41,803 nt of DNA from a virus: UHGV virus genome UHGV-1359168; one strand, written 5' to 3'. This document shows positions 28,304-36,445 of this stretch, in pieces. Both the position numbers and the translations under genes were made by a program. Every line of letters starts with the position of its first letter. The stretch's first letter is position 1. Under the pieces are notes generated by a model. It saw only the letters and a list, made by a program, of their open reading frames with translations, made no database searches and was not told the origin of the DNA.

Positions 28304-28575
28304 TTATTTTCCTGCCCTATACAAAGTTTTATTTTCTCGTGTCTGAAATGTGTAGCTATAACTTCGCTAAGATTTACTAAGCTTAAATCTGTTATTTCAG
28401 CGCATAACGCTAACGATTTTAAAGCGTTATGTAACGCTGTATTATTCATCTCGTTATAATCTAGCTTGATTATAATCGCTCCGATTTCTATACTATCGAC
28501 TGAAGCGCGAATTATAGCTGTAGTTTTTTCGCTAAACATTGAGTTAATAAACTCCACGCCATACTTAGTTTTCAT
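28300..28575 (-). CDS. Small protein, family B' (91 aa).
   Basis: See the 27774 entry. TAAGGA ribosome-binding site. Confidence 0.6.
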   Translation of the reverse strand: MKTKYGVEFINSMFSEKTTAIIRASVDSIEIGAIIIKLDYNEMNNTALHNALKSLALCAEITDLSLVNLSEVIATHFRHEKIKLCIGQENK

Positions 28576-28814
28576 TTTAAATCCTTATAAGGTATATATG
28601 TAACATCAACATATAATCTTAAGCAATATAAGAAATCCTCAAGCTCCAACTTACCGCAATCGGCAACCTCACATAAAGCATAAACTGCTTTCTTATCAGT
28701 AAAAGGAACTGTTAATCTGCCTTCAGGTTTATCATCTATAAACACGTGGATAAAAATAGATGCTGGTCTAGTTTCTACCACGTATCTATGCCTGTTATTT
28801 GTATTGTTATCCAT
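28572..28814 (-). CDS. Small hypothetical protein, about 80 aa.
   Basis: The AGGAGG ribosome-binding site favours the ATG at 28814 (MDNNTNN...) over the track GTG at 28820. Confidence 0.5.
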   Translation of the reverse strand: MDNNTNNRHRYVVETRPASIFIHVFIDDKPEGRLTVPFTDKKAVYALCEVADCGKLELEDFLYCLRLYVDVTYIPYKDLK

Positions 28815-29079
28815 TTGCACTTCCTCCTACTGATACCATATCAAACATCTGATGTAAGGTATTAACTAATGTATCCTTATCCATATTATTGACTTGTATT
28901 AATTTAGTTATTAACTCCAAGATTTTACTTGTAGTATTGCTTGGAGTAACATTTTTAACATCTATAGCCGCAATTTTACTAACTAATAAACCGTTAGGAT
29001 TATATTCACAAAATACAAGCATACTATAAGGGTCTTTATCTGCCACACCTCTTTCTAAAGATACTTTAAAAGTATTCAT
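28807..29079 (-). CDS. Small hypothetical protein, 90 aa.
   Basis: GAGGAGG ribosome-binding site. Its start is adjacent to the stop of the previous gene. Confidence 0.55.
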   Translation of the reverse strand: MNTFKVSLERGVADKDPYSMLVFCEYNPNGLLVSKIAAIDVKNVTPSNTTSKILELITKLIQVNNMDKDTLVNTLHQMFDMVSVGGSANG

Positions 29080-29346
29080 TTAAACCTCCTCAAAATGGAC
29101 ACTATCAAACCAAGCCGATAGATTGTCCATCAGTTCTTTCCTTTGTATCTTATGCTCGTCTATAATATTTAATAAAATATTCAAGGTAACAAAAGCTAAC
29201 TTACTGTTACGGGCTTCATTGTTAATTAAAGCTACAATATTACCTTTATGAATAACACCTTCAAGCTCTTTAAATATAACCTCAGTATTATCGAAGGCTT
29301 CACTGATACCGTGCTCGTATTGCACATCTACAATATAGGTAGCCAT
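29080..29346 (-). CDS. Small hypothetical protein, about 88 aa.
   Basis: GAGGGAG ribosome-binding site; the ATG at 29346 is preferred. Confidence 0.5.
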   Translation of the reverse strand: MATYIVDVQYEHGISEAFDNTEVIFKELEGVIHKGNIVALINNEARNSKLAFVTLNILLNIIDEHKIQRKELMDNLSAWFDSVHFEEV

Positions 29347-29603
29347 CACAACTCCCTCGGCATTACCGCTATATACTCTAGCTCGGTGCTAACTTTAGCG
29401 TCCATCATAGACATTGGCCAGCACTCTGTAGTAGCTTTATGGCATAAATCTAAAATATCAGCAGGCTCTATCTTTCTACCGAACACTAGCGTCCATTGAA
29501 ATTTTCTAGTGCCGAAATTTTCGTAGTAAATAGTTCCAGCAGTCTTAGTCCCATCTAAAATAAAATAATACCTTACTTCTGGTGTTTTATTAGTGAACCT
29601 CAT
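29346..29603 (-). CDS. Small hypothetical protein, about 85 aa (MRFTNKTPEVRYYFILDG...).
   Basis: The in-frame ATG at 29603 has a strong ribosome-binding site (taaaggagaataaaagaATG). The track start at 29654 has none. Confidence 0.5.
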   Translation of the reverse strand: MRFTNKTPEVRYYFILDGTKTAGTIYYENFGTRKFQWTLVFGRKIEPADILDLCHKATTECWPMSMMDAKVSTELEYIAVMPREL

Positions 29604-29625
29604 TCTTTTATTCTCCTTTATCATC

Positions 29626-30195
29626 TTAATGCACCCTGCTGAAAAACCAGCCATCTTTGCGCTTATGCGCTCTATACCCTTTAGCTTCCCAAGCCGCTAT
29701 AATCTCGGCGTCTGTCGGGTTCTTAGATAAAGTAGGTAAAGAAGCTGTAAAATTATCCACCTTTAAATCTTTTGGAGTATTAACTATTTCATCTAGTGTA
29801 GCCTGCTCCATTTCATTAAGTTCTTTTTTCATTTTAGGCACTTCATTACGCTGTAAAAACTCCTGATATAGCCGCTCATAATTAGCGTCAGTGGATTTTA
29901 TAAAAGTCCCAGCTTCATTTAGAAACCCTTTGCGGTCTTTGATATCATTGTAGGCTATCTCTGCGCAGTCAGCTATATTAGAACCAACCAACCTAGCTAT
30001 ATTAACTAGCACCACGAAACAATCGCCAATATCATCTCTGCAATCTTTACCCTTAGCTAGGTTGTCTGCTAGTTCGCCCATTTCGCTCATTAGTTTAAGG
30101 CATTGGGTAACTGCTTTTGAATTAGCTAAGATACCTCTCTCCTCCGACCACTGCTCGATTTTAGTTTGTAGTTCGTTTAAGTTAGGCATTTTCAT
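29626..30195 (-). CDS. MazG-like nucleoside triphosphate pyrophosphohydrolase.
   Basis: All-alpha MazG signature LKLMSEMGELADNLAKGKD...DIGDCFVVLVNIARLVG...AYNDIKDRKG. AGGGAGA ribosome-binding site before ATG 30195 or 30189. Confidence 0.7.
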   Translation of the reverse strand: MKMPNLNELQTKIEQWSEERGILANSKAVTQCLKLMSEMGELADNLAKGKDCRDDIGDCFVVLVNIARLVGSNIADCAEIAYNDIKDRKGFLNEAGTFIKSTDANYERLYQEFLQRNEVPKMKKELNEMEQATLDEIVNTPKDLKVDNFTASLPTLSKNPTDAEIIAAWEAKGYRAHKRKDGWFFSRVH

Positions 30196-30430
30196 TCTCC
30201 CTGTCAAGATTTAGTTCGGCTTTAAGGCTAGCTTCACTATACGGGTGTATAGTTACGCCATAAAGTTTATAAATAAGTTTAGCTTGTTTAAGGCTAATAT
30301 TATACCTATTAGATTTATAAGTAGAAATCATAGAGGCTGATACCCTCAAATGTTTAGAGATTTCTACACCTGTCATACCCTGATTTTCAAGGTCTTCGAT
30401 GTAACTTTGGATAGTTATAACTTTATCCAT
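30182..30430 (-). CDS. Small helix-turn-helix DNA-binding protein (Cro/XRE-like), 82 aa.
   Basis: GMTGVEISKHLRVSASMISTYKSN is a helix-turn-helix pattern. AAGGAG ribosome-binding site. It is the first gene after a promoter-containing intergenic region. Confidence 0.5.
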   Translation of the reverse strand: MDKVITIQSYIEDLENQGMTGVEISKHLRVSASMISTYKSNRYNISLKQAKLIYKLYGVTIHPYSEASLKAELNLDRENENA

Positions 30431-30489
30431 TTCTGCTCCTTTGAATTGTTTTTAATTAAATTTTTCTCTTTAATTACGTTTATTATAAC

Positions 30490-30530
30490 ATAATCTTACT
30501 TAACTTTAACTTAATTTAATATTAAAGTTT
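30490..30530 (-). promoter_or_regulatory. Extended -10 promoter (TGTTATAAT on the minus strand, 30498-30490) with the upstream ttaag/gtttaa-type motif, serving the HTH/MazG/small-ORF operon.
   Basis: Plus strand: attataacataatcttacttaactttaacttaatttaat. Confidence 0.4.
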
Positions 30531-30628
30531 TCTTAAGTGCTTAACGCTTCAAGCGATTTTAATCTTTACTCGACTTATCTATCAAGCTAAAAATTTAAAT
30601 CGCTCTACGCTCACGCAATGCGCTAATT

Positions 30629-31171
30629 TTAGCGTTTATAAACTGCGAGTTTGCGCTCAAATAAATCTATATCATCAACCGCACGGCTAAGGATATTAGA
30701 CATCGTAAGCGAATTATTACCTAGAGATACTTCATTGCTCGCATATTGCTTAACCTGCATAGTATCTGCTAACTTAACTATCAAACTCTCCACACTAACG
30801 CGCCGTTCGTATTCCCTATAAAGCTCATAAATAAAACTAGGGAAGTTCTGAAACATAACATCAGCTTCCGCATCTGCTACAGCCTTAACTAATTCTGGGC
30901 ACATTGTTTTAGTGCTCAAGGTTATATCACCTATAAAACTCTCGGCGAAGTCGTGGATTATAGCCATTTGCACCGCTTTGTTTAAATCGAACTTATAATA
31001 CTTATACAACTCCATTACATAGGTAGCCACAAAGAAACTATGCTCCGCTACTGTTTCGTTAATTATTCTAGGCGTTATTGAATAACGCTGAATAAACTTC
31101 AGGTTATAAACTTTATAAGGGATTGATGGTCCCTCTATTTCATCTCTAGTTAATTCGTCGTAATCCCTCAT
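30629..31171 (-). CDS. HD-domain phosphohydrolase, YfbR-like 5'-deoxynucleotidase.
   Basis: VAEHSFFVATYV ... AIIHDFAESFIGDITLSTK parallels YfbR VSEHSLQVAMVA ... AMYHDASEVLTGDLPTPVK (recalled from memory). Confidence 0.7.
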   Translation of the reverse strand: MRDYDELTRDEIEGPSIPYKVYNLKFIQRYSITPRIINETVAEHSFFVATYVMELYKYYKFDLNKAVQMAIIHDFAESFIGDITLSTKTMCPELVKAVADAEADVMFQNFPSFIYELYREYERRVSVESLIVKLADTMQVKQYASNEVSLGNNSLTMSNILSRAVDDIDLFERKLAVYKR

Positions 31172-31590
31172 TCTATATCCTTATCAGCAACATAACCAAC
31201 ATTAACTACGCCGATTAAAATCTGCTCCAGCTCTTTTAGGTTTCTAGCTACTTGTCCACTCTTAGCTAACATTAGATTAACTTTCTCTATCCCAGGAGTG
31301 TAGTAAATAACCTGTAGTTCGCGAGCATAAGCATAGCCACATTCCCAAAGAGTGCCCATATCTTTACCTGCTGTAGAAGCTATAATAATATCGCTATCAT
31401 CTAGGGCATTTATATTAGTTTGGAATACGTCCTCTAAATCTTGCCCTCTAGCGTTATTGTGCTCTCTAGGGATAAAATTTTTCTTAAAATGCTTTTTAAC
31501 ATAGCCCTCTAACTCGTCGAGGGCTTTTCTTTGTTCTGCTGTAAACCAACCACCTGCTACATAAACCTTAAAATCAAATATTGTCACCAT
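31168..31590 (-). CDS. Nucleoside 2-deoxyribosyltransferase family protein (NDT/Rcl fold), 140 aa.
   Basis: KVYVAGGWFTAEQRKAL set against Lactobacillus NDT IYFGAGWFTDRQNKAY. DMGTLWECGYAYA set against the catalytic-Glu region GLGMELGYALS. NDT sequences are from memory. Confidence 0.75.
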   Translation of the reverse strand: MVTIFDFKVYVAGGWFTAEQRKALDELEGYVKKHFKKNFIPREHNNARGQDLEDVFQTNINALDDSDIIIASTAGKDMGTLWECGYAYARELQVIYYTPGIEKVNLMLAKSGQVARNLKELEQILIGVVNVGYVADKDIE

Positions 31591-32464
31591 CTTTTATTCT
31601 TTTCAATGTTTGTTTAATGTCGCTTTTACGCCTTTCGTAATAGTTCCCTCCTGGAAAATCAGCCCTACGTTTCTGATAAATGCAGTCCTCTGGCTTTAAA
31701 CCTAGAACTACGTTTTCTTGCTTAGGTAAATAAGCTAGGGAGTTATGCCCGCTTAGTGCTGTTTTACAAAAGAACTCGTCCCGTCCACCTATATCCATAT
31801 CTACACACTCCTGCAAGACTGGGTATTTCTTAACTAACTCCAGCCACATAAGCAAAGCTACGATATTATCGCTCTCTGGCTGTATAGCTTCATCTTTGCG
31901 GGTTTTTATAAACGCTATTATATCCTTTAAGCTACCGCTAACATAATAGAAATTGCTCAAGCTTCTCGGTAAAATTGTGCGGGCGTCAAAAATAGATACC
32001 TCTTTACTATCTACCATATCGGCATATAAACGCTTGGCTTCATCGACTATTTCCATATACCTACCAAGAAACTTCTCATTTACCAAAATGCTAGGCTTTA
32101 CCACACAATAATCTCTGCGCATATCGCGGTCGGCGGTGCATTGCGCGCTAAAGCTAAGGGTTCTATGCCTTATAAGGTGTGTAACGTCGATTAAATCCAA
32201 GCCTTCGATTAAAAATGTAACCCTAATAGTTTCTAGTGCTGTAGGTAGCATCTCGCCCTTGAATATAGATTTAACTATCTCCTCTCGGTTATCTATATCT
32301 CCCTCATATACACTATCCCTCCAAGTAGCTGTGGTAAATTCCGGTAAATAACTACAAAGTTCTTTCCAACTTGGACCTGATACTAAAGTAACAGCTATAG
32401 TGTTTATTTGATTTAAATATTCAGTTTCAGGCCTCTCGCCAAATTTAGTTTTTACTCTGCTCAT
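31574..32464 (-). CDS. thyX: Flavin-dependent thymidylate synthase ThyX family protein, 296 aa, with a divergent signature and a C-terminal extension.
   Basis: RVTFLIEG..LIDVTHLIRHRTLSFSAQC set against ThyX FTFHV...VARQWFRHRIASYNELS (the RHR-X7 position holds Cys instead of Ser). ARTILPRSLSNFYYVSGSLKDIIAFIKTR set against [29 protein letters not shown]. Confidence 0.7.
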   Translation of the reverse strand: MSRVKTKFGERPETEYLNQINTIAVTLVSGPSWKELCSYLPEFTTATWRDSVYEGDIDNREEIVKSIFKGEMLPTALETIRVTFLIEGLDLIDVTHLIRHRTLSFSAQCTADRDMRRDYCVVKPSILVNEKFLGRYMEIVDEAKRLYADMVDSKEVSIFDARTILPRSLSNFYYVSGSLKDIIAFIKTRKDEAIQPESDNIVALLMWLELVKKYPVLQECVDMDIGGRDEFFCKTALSGHNSLAYLPKQENVVLGLKPEDCIYQKRRADFPGGNYYERRKSDIKQTLKRIKDGDNI

Positions 32465-32886
32465 TATTTACTCCTTTTCCAATCCTCGTAAGTTTCGATA
32501 GCTAATTTAGTTATATCGCTATCATCTCCAGTAAGTTCTTTAACCATAGCTATAAAGTTTAGGATTTCCTCGTCATCTTGCTGGCTTATACTGCTATCCT
32601 TATTTTCGGCTTCACTAGCTACAGCTGTCAAGGCTTTCTCCACCAAAGTAGCATACCCAGCAATATCGTGCCAAGTATCTATATGGTCTGGAGTTGTAGC
32701 TAAACGGGATAGTTTATTCACGATGTCGTAAATATAAACCATTTGCACTGCGTCTAAACCCTTACCATTAACCGCTAGATGTCTATCCTTGACTAGTTTC
32801 ATAACATTAGCTCTGAACTCAGAACCACCTTTATAATCACCATAAACAGCACCACGCTCCTTAAGCGTTTCATTTACATTACTCAT
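32464..32886 (-). CDS. Small all-alpha protein, 140 aa, possibly of the phage nucleotide-metabolism/modification-associated DUF1599 (Nmad1-like) family.
   Basis: ERGAVYGDY...KLSRL...HIDTWHDIAGYATL is reminiscent of that family. The family call is from memory and uncertain. The CDS itself is well supported by operon context. Confidence 0.3.
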   Translation of the reverse strand: MSNVNETLKERGAVYGDYKGGSEFRANVMKLVKDRHLAVNGKGLDAVQMVYIYDIVNKLSRLATTPDHIDTWHDIAGYATLVEKALTAVASEAENKDSSISQQDDEEILNFIAMVKELTGDDSDITKLAIETYEDWKRSK

Positions 32887-33841
32887 TGTTTTTCTCCTTG
32901 TTAATTTCTGGACGCCATAGATTTAAACTATAGCTATCATTTTCAGGGTCGTAGCTAATCTGGTGCATACTGACCAACCTCATATTTTTAATCGCGTCAA
33001 ACACATCACGCCCTCTAGCTTCGTATTCATTAACTACACGCTCCCAACACTCGGTGGCTGAACTAGCTCCCGCTAAGATTTTATCGGCTGTTTTAGGACC
33101 TACTTTAGCTAAACCGATAACGTTGTCGCCTGTGTCCCCGGTTAAGCACTGTTTGTAGTGGTGCTTCATAGCCTGATCGGGTTCTACCTCGAAAAAAGTC
33201 ATCTTTATCTCGTCTAGGTGATTACCTGCTTTAGTTGTAGTTTCTGCCCTGCTGTAATAGTTAAAGTGTGTCCCTGGTAAAGTATATAGCACGTCTTTAT
33301 CCACCGCACAAAGCAGATATTTATCAGGCTGGGCTTTTTTCTTAGCGATAACCGCATCATCAGCCTCGAAGTCGTAATGGATAAAAGCTTTTTCTGGGAA
33401 CGCTTCAGCCATTTTAACTTTTAGCTCATTTAACCCGTCAGGGCTTTTCATATCCAAGCGATTAGCTTTATACATAGGGTCTATTTTAGTGTATCTAAAG
33501 CTGCCGCGACCAATAGTGAAATGTAACTCCCAATCACTACAACCTGTAGCGTCAAGGATACCCTGTAACTTCTCTAGTGTAGATTGGTAAGCATTATCTA
33601 TATTGCAGATAGCTACAGTCCCAGCTTCAGAGTCGTAAGTTTTCATCGAGCTAATAGTTGCCCACTCCTCGTCTGAATACATAGCCCTGGGTAGCAGTTC
33701 TATAACCTCTTGGTGCTTAGTTACGCTCCCGAAAACTACAGTATCCGCGTCGATTAACGCTATCTTACCGTTTTTAGGTGCGGCTACATCACCATTTTGA
33801 GCTAAGTCAATATCGACCAACTCACCGTCATCAAATTCCAT
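32879..33841 (-). CDS. 5'-3' exonuclease / flap endonuclease (T7 gp6-like, FEN family), 320 aa.
   Basis: KIALIDADTVVF (Asp cluster) and YDFEADDAVIA (the E-A-D-D motif of 5' nucleases). AAAGGAGA ribosome-binding site. Confidence 0.8.
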   Translation of the reverse strand: MEFDDGELVDIDLAQNGDVAAPKNGKIALIDADTVVFGSVTKHQEVIELLPRAMYSDEEWATISSMKTYDSEAGTVAICNIDNAYQSTLEKLQGILDATGCSDWELHFTIGRGSFRYTKIDPMYKANRLDMKSPDGLNELKVKMAEAFPEKAFIHYDFEADDAVIAKKKAQPDKYLLCAVDKDVLYTLPGTHFNYYSRAETTTKAGNHLDEIKMTFFEVEPDQAMKHHYKQCLTGDTGDNVIGLAKVGPKTADKILAGASSATECWERVVNEYEARGRDVFDAIKNMRLVSMHQISYDPENDSYSLNLWRPEINKEKNNE

Positions 33842-33895
33842 TAATTATCTCCTTTCTTGATAATGTATTTATTATCTCTCTTTATTTATACGAAT

Positions 33896-33950
33896 ATTAT
33901 AACTAAATTTAACTTAATTTTCAATTAAACTAAACTTAATATTTTCTTAA
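33896..33950 (-). promoter_or_regulatory. -10 element (AGTTATAAT on the minus strand) with upstream ttaag/gtttaatt motifs, between the DNA polymerase and exonuclease genes.
   Basis: Plus strand: attataactaaatttaacttaattttcaattaaactaaacttaat. Confidence 0.35.
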
Positions 33951-33983
33951 TAATTAAACGAGCCTTAAAGACCCGTTTAAATA

Positions 33984-35699
33984 CTAATCACCTACAGGCA
34001 TTGGAATATCTTTAAACTTAAATATCGAAGTTTTGCATATTTCTTCCCAGCCTCTTACCATAGCTTTGCTTACACGCTCGTGCCATAAATCTTTATCAGC
34101 TCTAGGCACTCTTAGATAAATAGCGTCGTGAACCACATTAAAAATAAGCTTTAAAGCTTCTGGGTATTCTTTGCAAAGATAATGCACAGCTAGTTTGGTA
34201 GTTTCACTGCCTGAACCCTGAATTGGCCCGTTAATAGCGTCAGTGCCTATTTTTGGGTGAACCCTGCGACCTAAGGCCGTTGTATAAATATAGTTCGCTT
34301 TACCTACATTTTTCCAAACTTCATCGTGATATTTTTTAATCGCTTTATATTTTCCAAAATATAAATTACGTAGCTTTGTCGCTTCGTCTAGCGAGATTTT
34401 AAGCGCATATCGCGTTAAGCTATAGTTTTGATACGTCTTTGCGCTCATTCCGTAAATATAACCGAAATTAAGCGCTTTAGCTAGTGTTCTATCCTTTTTA
34501 GTTACGTATTCACCTTTTGTTTTATCGCCCGTAAATAGCGCGTCATAGTCATCACCTAGTGGTCCATCAGGGTGAACTTTCTTACCTGTAGCTAGTGCAG
34601 CCATATTTGTGTGTAAATCCTCGCCGTTAAGTAACTCTTGATACATAACAGGCTCTGCGAACACACTCGCGGCAATTCTTAGCTCAAGGGTAGAATAGTC
34701 TAGCCCTACAACTACGGTGTCCTCTGTTTCAGGCTTAAATAGAGGCTGTAAGCGTCTCGGTATCTGCTGCGAGTTAAACCCGTTAGGTAAATCTCCGCCG
34801 CTTGAAGTAAATCGCCCAGTAATAGCTCCTGCTACGTTAAAGCGGGTCTGCATATACTGGTGATTTATAGATTGTAAATACCCTTTTTCTTTTAACGCTT
34901 TACGCATATAAATTATTGTATGCGCTTTTTCTGCTAAGGGTTTATCGCTTACGCTGTAATTAACTAATGTATCGTAGTCGCTGCTTTCAGTGCCTAGATA
35001 TGCCTTAACTTGTTTAGGGCTATTAACATTAAACCCTTCAGGCAACTCTTTAGTTAAGCGGACTATATCATCGTCCACCTCTTTCTCGTATTTAGCCCTT
35101 AGCGGTAAATCTACCATAATGCCGTTCTGCTGATAAACTACAGCATACGTTAGGCTTAAAATATCGACCTGGTAAGCTATAGAGTTTCTCCATTTCTGGA
35201 TAGTTTCGTTTTGCCATAGCAGGCTTAAGGCTACAACGTCGGTCGCTGAATATTTTAGTTGTGCCGCTGATAGATAAGCTCCCTTAACAAAGCCTGCTTT
35301 CTGTAGTTTCTTTTTATCCAAGCCGTCATATAACCCAGCAAAGCCGAGATTTTCTATAACTTTATCTAGATTATACTCCTTGAAAAACGGGAAGCCTAAC
35401 CTAGCTAGATAGAAAATATCGTCAAACTTATCGGTGGTCATATTTAAAGTCCCAAAGTCATAACTAGCATTAAACCACACTGTCCACATAGGCTTGATAA
35501 ATGCTTTTATATCAGCTTCTGGGATTACATCAGTGTCCAGAATTATAACCTCGTCGTTATTCTGCCCAGGCTGATATAACTGCACCAAGCGTGTGCCGAT
35601 ATATAACTTCTCTGTTTCTATATCGGCAAATACTGGCTCGCTCAGGTTGAAACTAAAATCATTTAGCGATTTAGGTATTCTATATTTAACCTGTATCAT
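33984..35699 (-). CDS. DNA polymerase, family A (Pol I/T7-type), 571 aa, with a 3'-5' exonuclease motif.
   Basis: Exo I VFADIETEKL; polymerase motif A LDYSTLELRIAA (DYSQIELR-like); motif C VVHDAIYL. Confidence 0.85.
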   Translation of the reverse strand: MIQVKYRIPKSLNDFSFNLSEPVFADIETEKLYIGTRLVQLYQPGQNNDEVIILDTDVIPEADIKAFIKPMWTVWFNASYDFGTLNMTTDKFDDIFYLARLGFPFFKEYNLDKVIENLGFAGLYDGLDKKKLQKAGFVKGAYLSAAQLKYSATDVVALSLLWQNETIQKWRNSIAYQVDILSLTYAVVYQQNGIMVDLPLRAKYEKEVDDDIVRLTKELPEGFNVNSPKQVKAYLGTESSDYDTLVNYSVSDKPLAEKAHTIIYMRKALKEKGYLQSINHQYMQTRFNVAGAITGRFTSSGGDLPNGFNSQQIPRRLQPLFKPETEDTVVVGLDYSTLELRIAASVFAEPVMYQELLNGEDLHTNMAALATGKKVHPDGPLGDDYDALFTGDKTKGEYVTKKDRTLAKALNFGYIYGMSAKTYQNYSLTRYALKISLDEATKLRNLYFGKYKAIKKYHDEVWKNVGKANYIYTTALGRRVHPKIGTDAINGPIQGSGSETTKLAVHYLCKEYPEALKLIFNVVHDAIYLRVPRADKDLWHERVSKAMVRGWEEICKTSIFKFKDIPMPVGD

Positions 35700-35700
35700 T

Positions 35701-36129
35701 TTATTTGCCTAGTTTAGTTTCTAGCTCGTCATACTCTTTAACCACGTTAGCTAAGGTCTTATCATTTTTGGCTAGTTCGCGGTATTTCTCCATCTCTATA
35801 ACTTTTGCGGCACGCTCTTTTAGTTTTTGCTCTAATAAATCCTTTCTAAGTCTAGCGTGCTGCCTATCTCTTTCTATAGCGATAGCTATATGGTCCACTA
35901 AGTATTGAGTAGCTTTAGCGTGTTCATCGTCTAGTTCGTCATATTTTACAACCTCAACTACTTTAACTATCTGTAGCCCGTTTTTAGTCCAAGCAGCCCA
36001 AGTATCGCCCTCTGTTGCGTTATCCGCTTCATTAACTAAAAAGCAGTATAATTTTTTACCCTGCTTTAAGGCTTCCGCTTTTGTCCAGCTTTTTAAGCTA
36101 TTTTCAAAAAACACTTTTGCTAATTTCAT
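35701..36129 (-). CDS. Hypothetical protein, 142 aa, immediately upstream of the DNA polymerase gene; possible polymerase accessory factor.
   Basis: ORF track entry. Its stop is 2 nt from the polymerase ATG. Confidence 0.5.
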   Translation of the reverse strand: MKLAKVFFENSLKSWTKAEALKQGKKLYCFLVNEADNATEGDTWAAWTKNGLQIVKVVEVVKYDELDDEHAKATQYLVDHIAIAIERDRQHARLRKDLLEQKLKERAAKVIEMEKYRELAKNDKTLANVVKEYDELETKLGK

Positions 36130-36140
36130 AATTTATCCTT

Positions 36141-36368
36141 TTAAAATATAATATCAAATAGATATTTTGGTAAAATAAATACTCCGACATAGAATATTAA
36201 ACTAACTGCCAAAAATACTAAAGCTAATAAATATCTTTTATTGATATTTAGCTTATAACGTGCTTGTATCTCGCCAGTTATATTAACGCTTATATAGCCA
36301 ATTAAAACTAATAGCGCTATATAACTAAACGTTAAAATAGCTAATGGCACTATATAGTAATCGTTCAT
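36141..36368 (-). CDS. Small membrane protein, 75 aa, with two transmembrane helices.
   Basis: Hydrophobic segments VPLAILTFSYIALLVLIGYI and LLALVFLAVSLIFYVGVFIL. Confidence 0.5.
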   Translation of the reverse strand: MNDYYIVPLAILTFSYIALLVLIGYISVNITGEIQARYKLNINKRYLLALVFLAVSLIFYVGVFILPKYLFDIIF

Positions 36369-36400
36369 CTTAAACTCCCTATTAAATTAAATTGAAGTTA

Positions 36401-36430
36401 ATAAATTAACTAAAATAAAAGGGAGCTAAA
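36401..36430 (-). terminator. Rho-independent terminator after the SSB gene: 7-bp GC-rich stem gggagct/agctccc with loop aaat, followed on the minus strand by TTTTATTTTAG.
   Basis: Read directly. It lies 16 nt downstream of the SSB stop at 36446. Confidence 0.65.
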
Positions 36431-36445
36431 ATAGCTCCCAAACTA

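Noticed and set aside
30540-30640. Possible terminator hairpin cgctaaTTTtagcg overlapping the stop of the HD-domain gene.
   Set aside because: The stem is short and AT-containing and no U-run follows on the transcribed (minus) strand. It is more likely incidental; the adjacent promoter element is the supported feature.
29626-31171. 2-aminoadenine (Z-genome) pathway, suggested by MazG-like plus HD-domain genes (MazZ/DatZ-like).
   Set aside because: No PurZ (adenylosuccinate-synthetase homolog) is present anywhere in the window. The HD protein matches YfbR-type dNMP nucleotidase rather than a dATP triphosphohydrolase. The accompanying enzymes (NDT, ThyX) point to pyrimidine and deoxyribose salvage instead.
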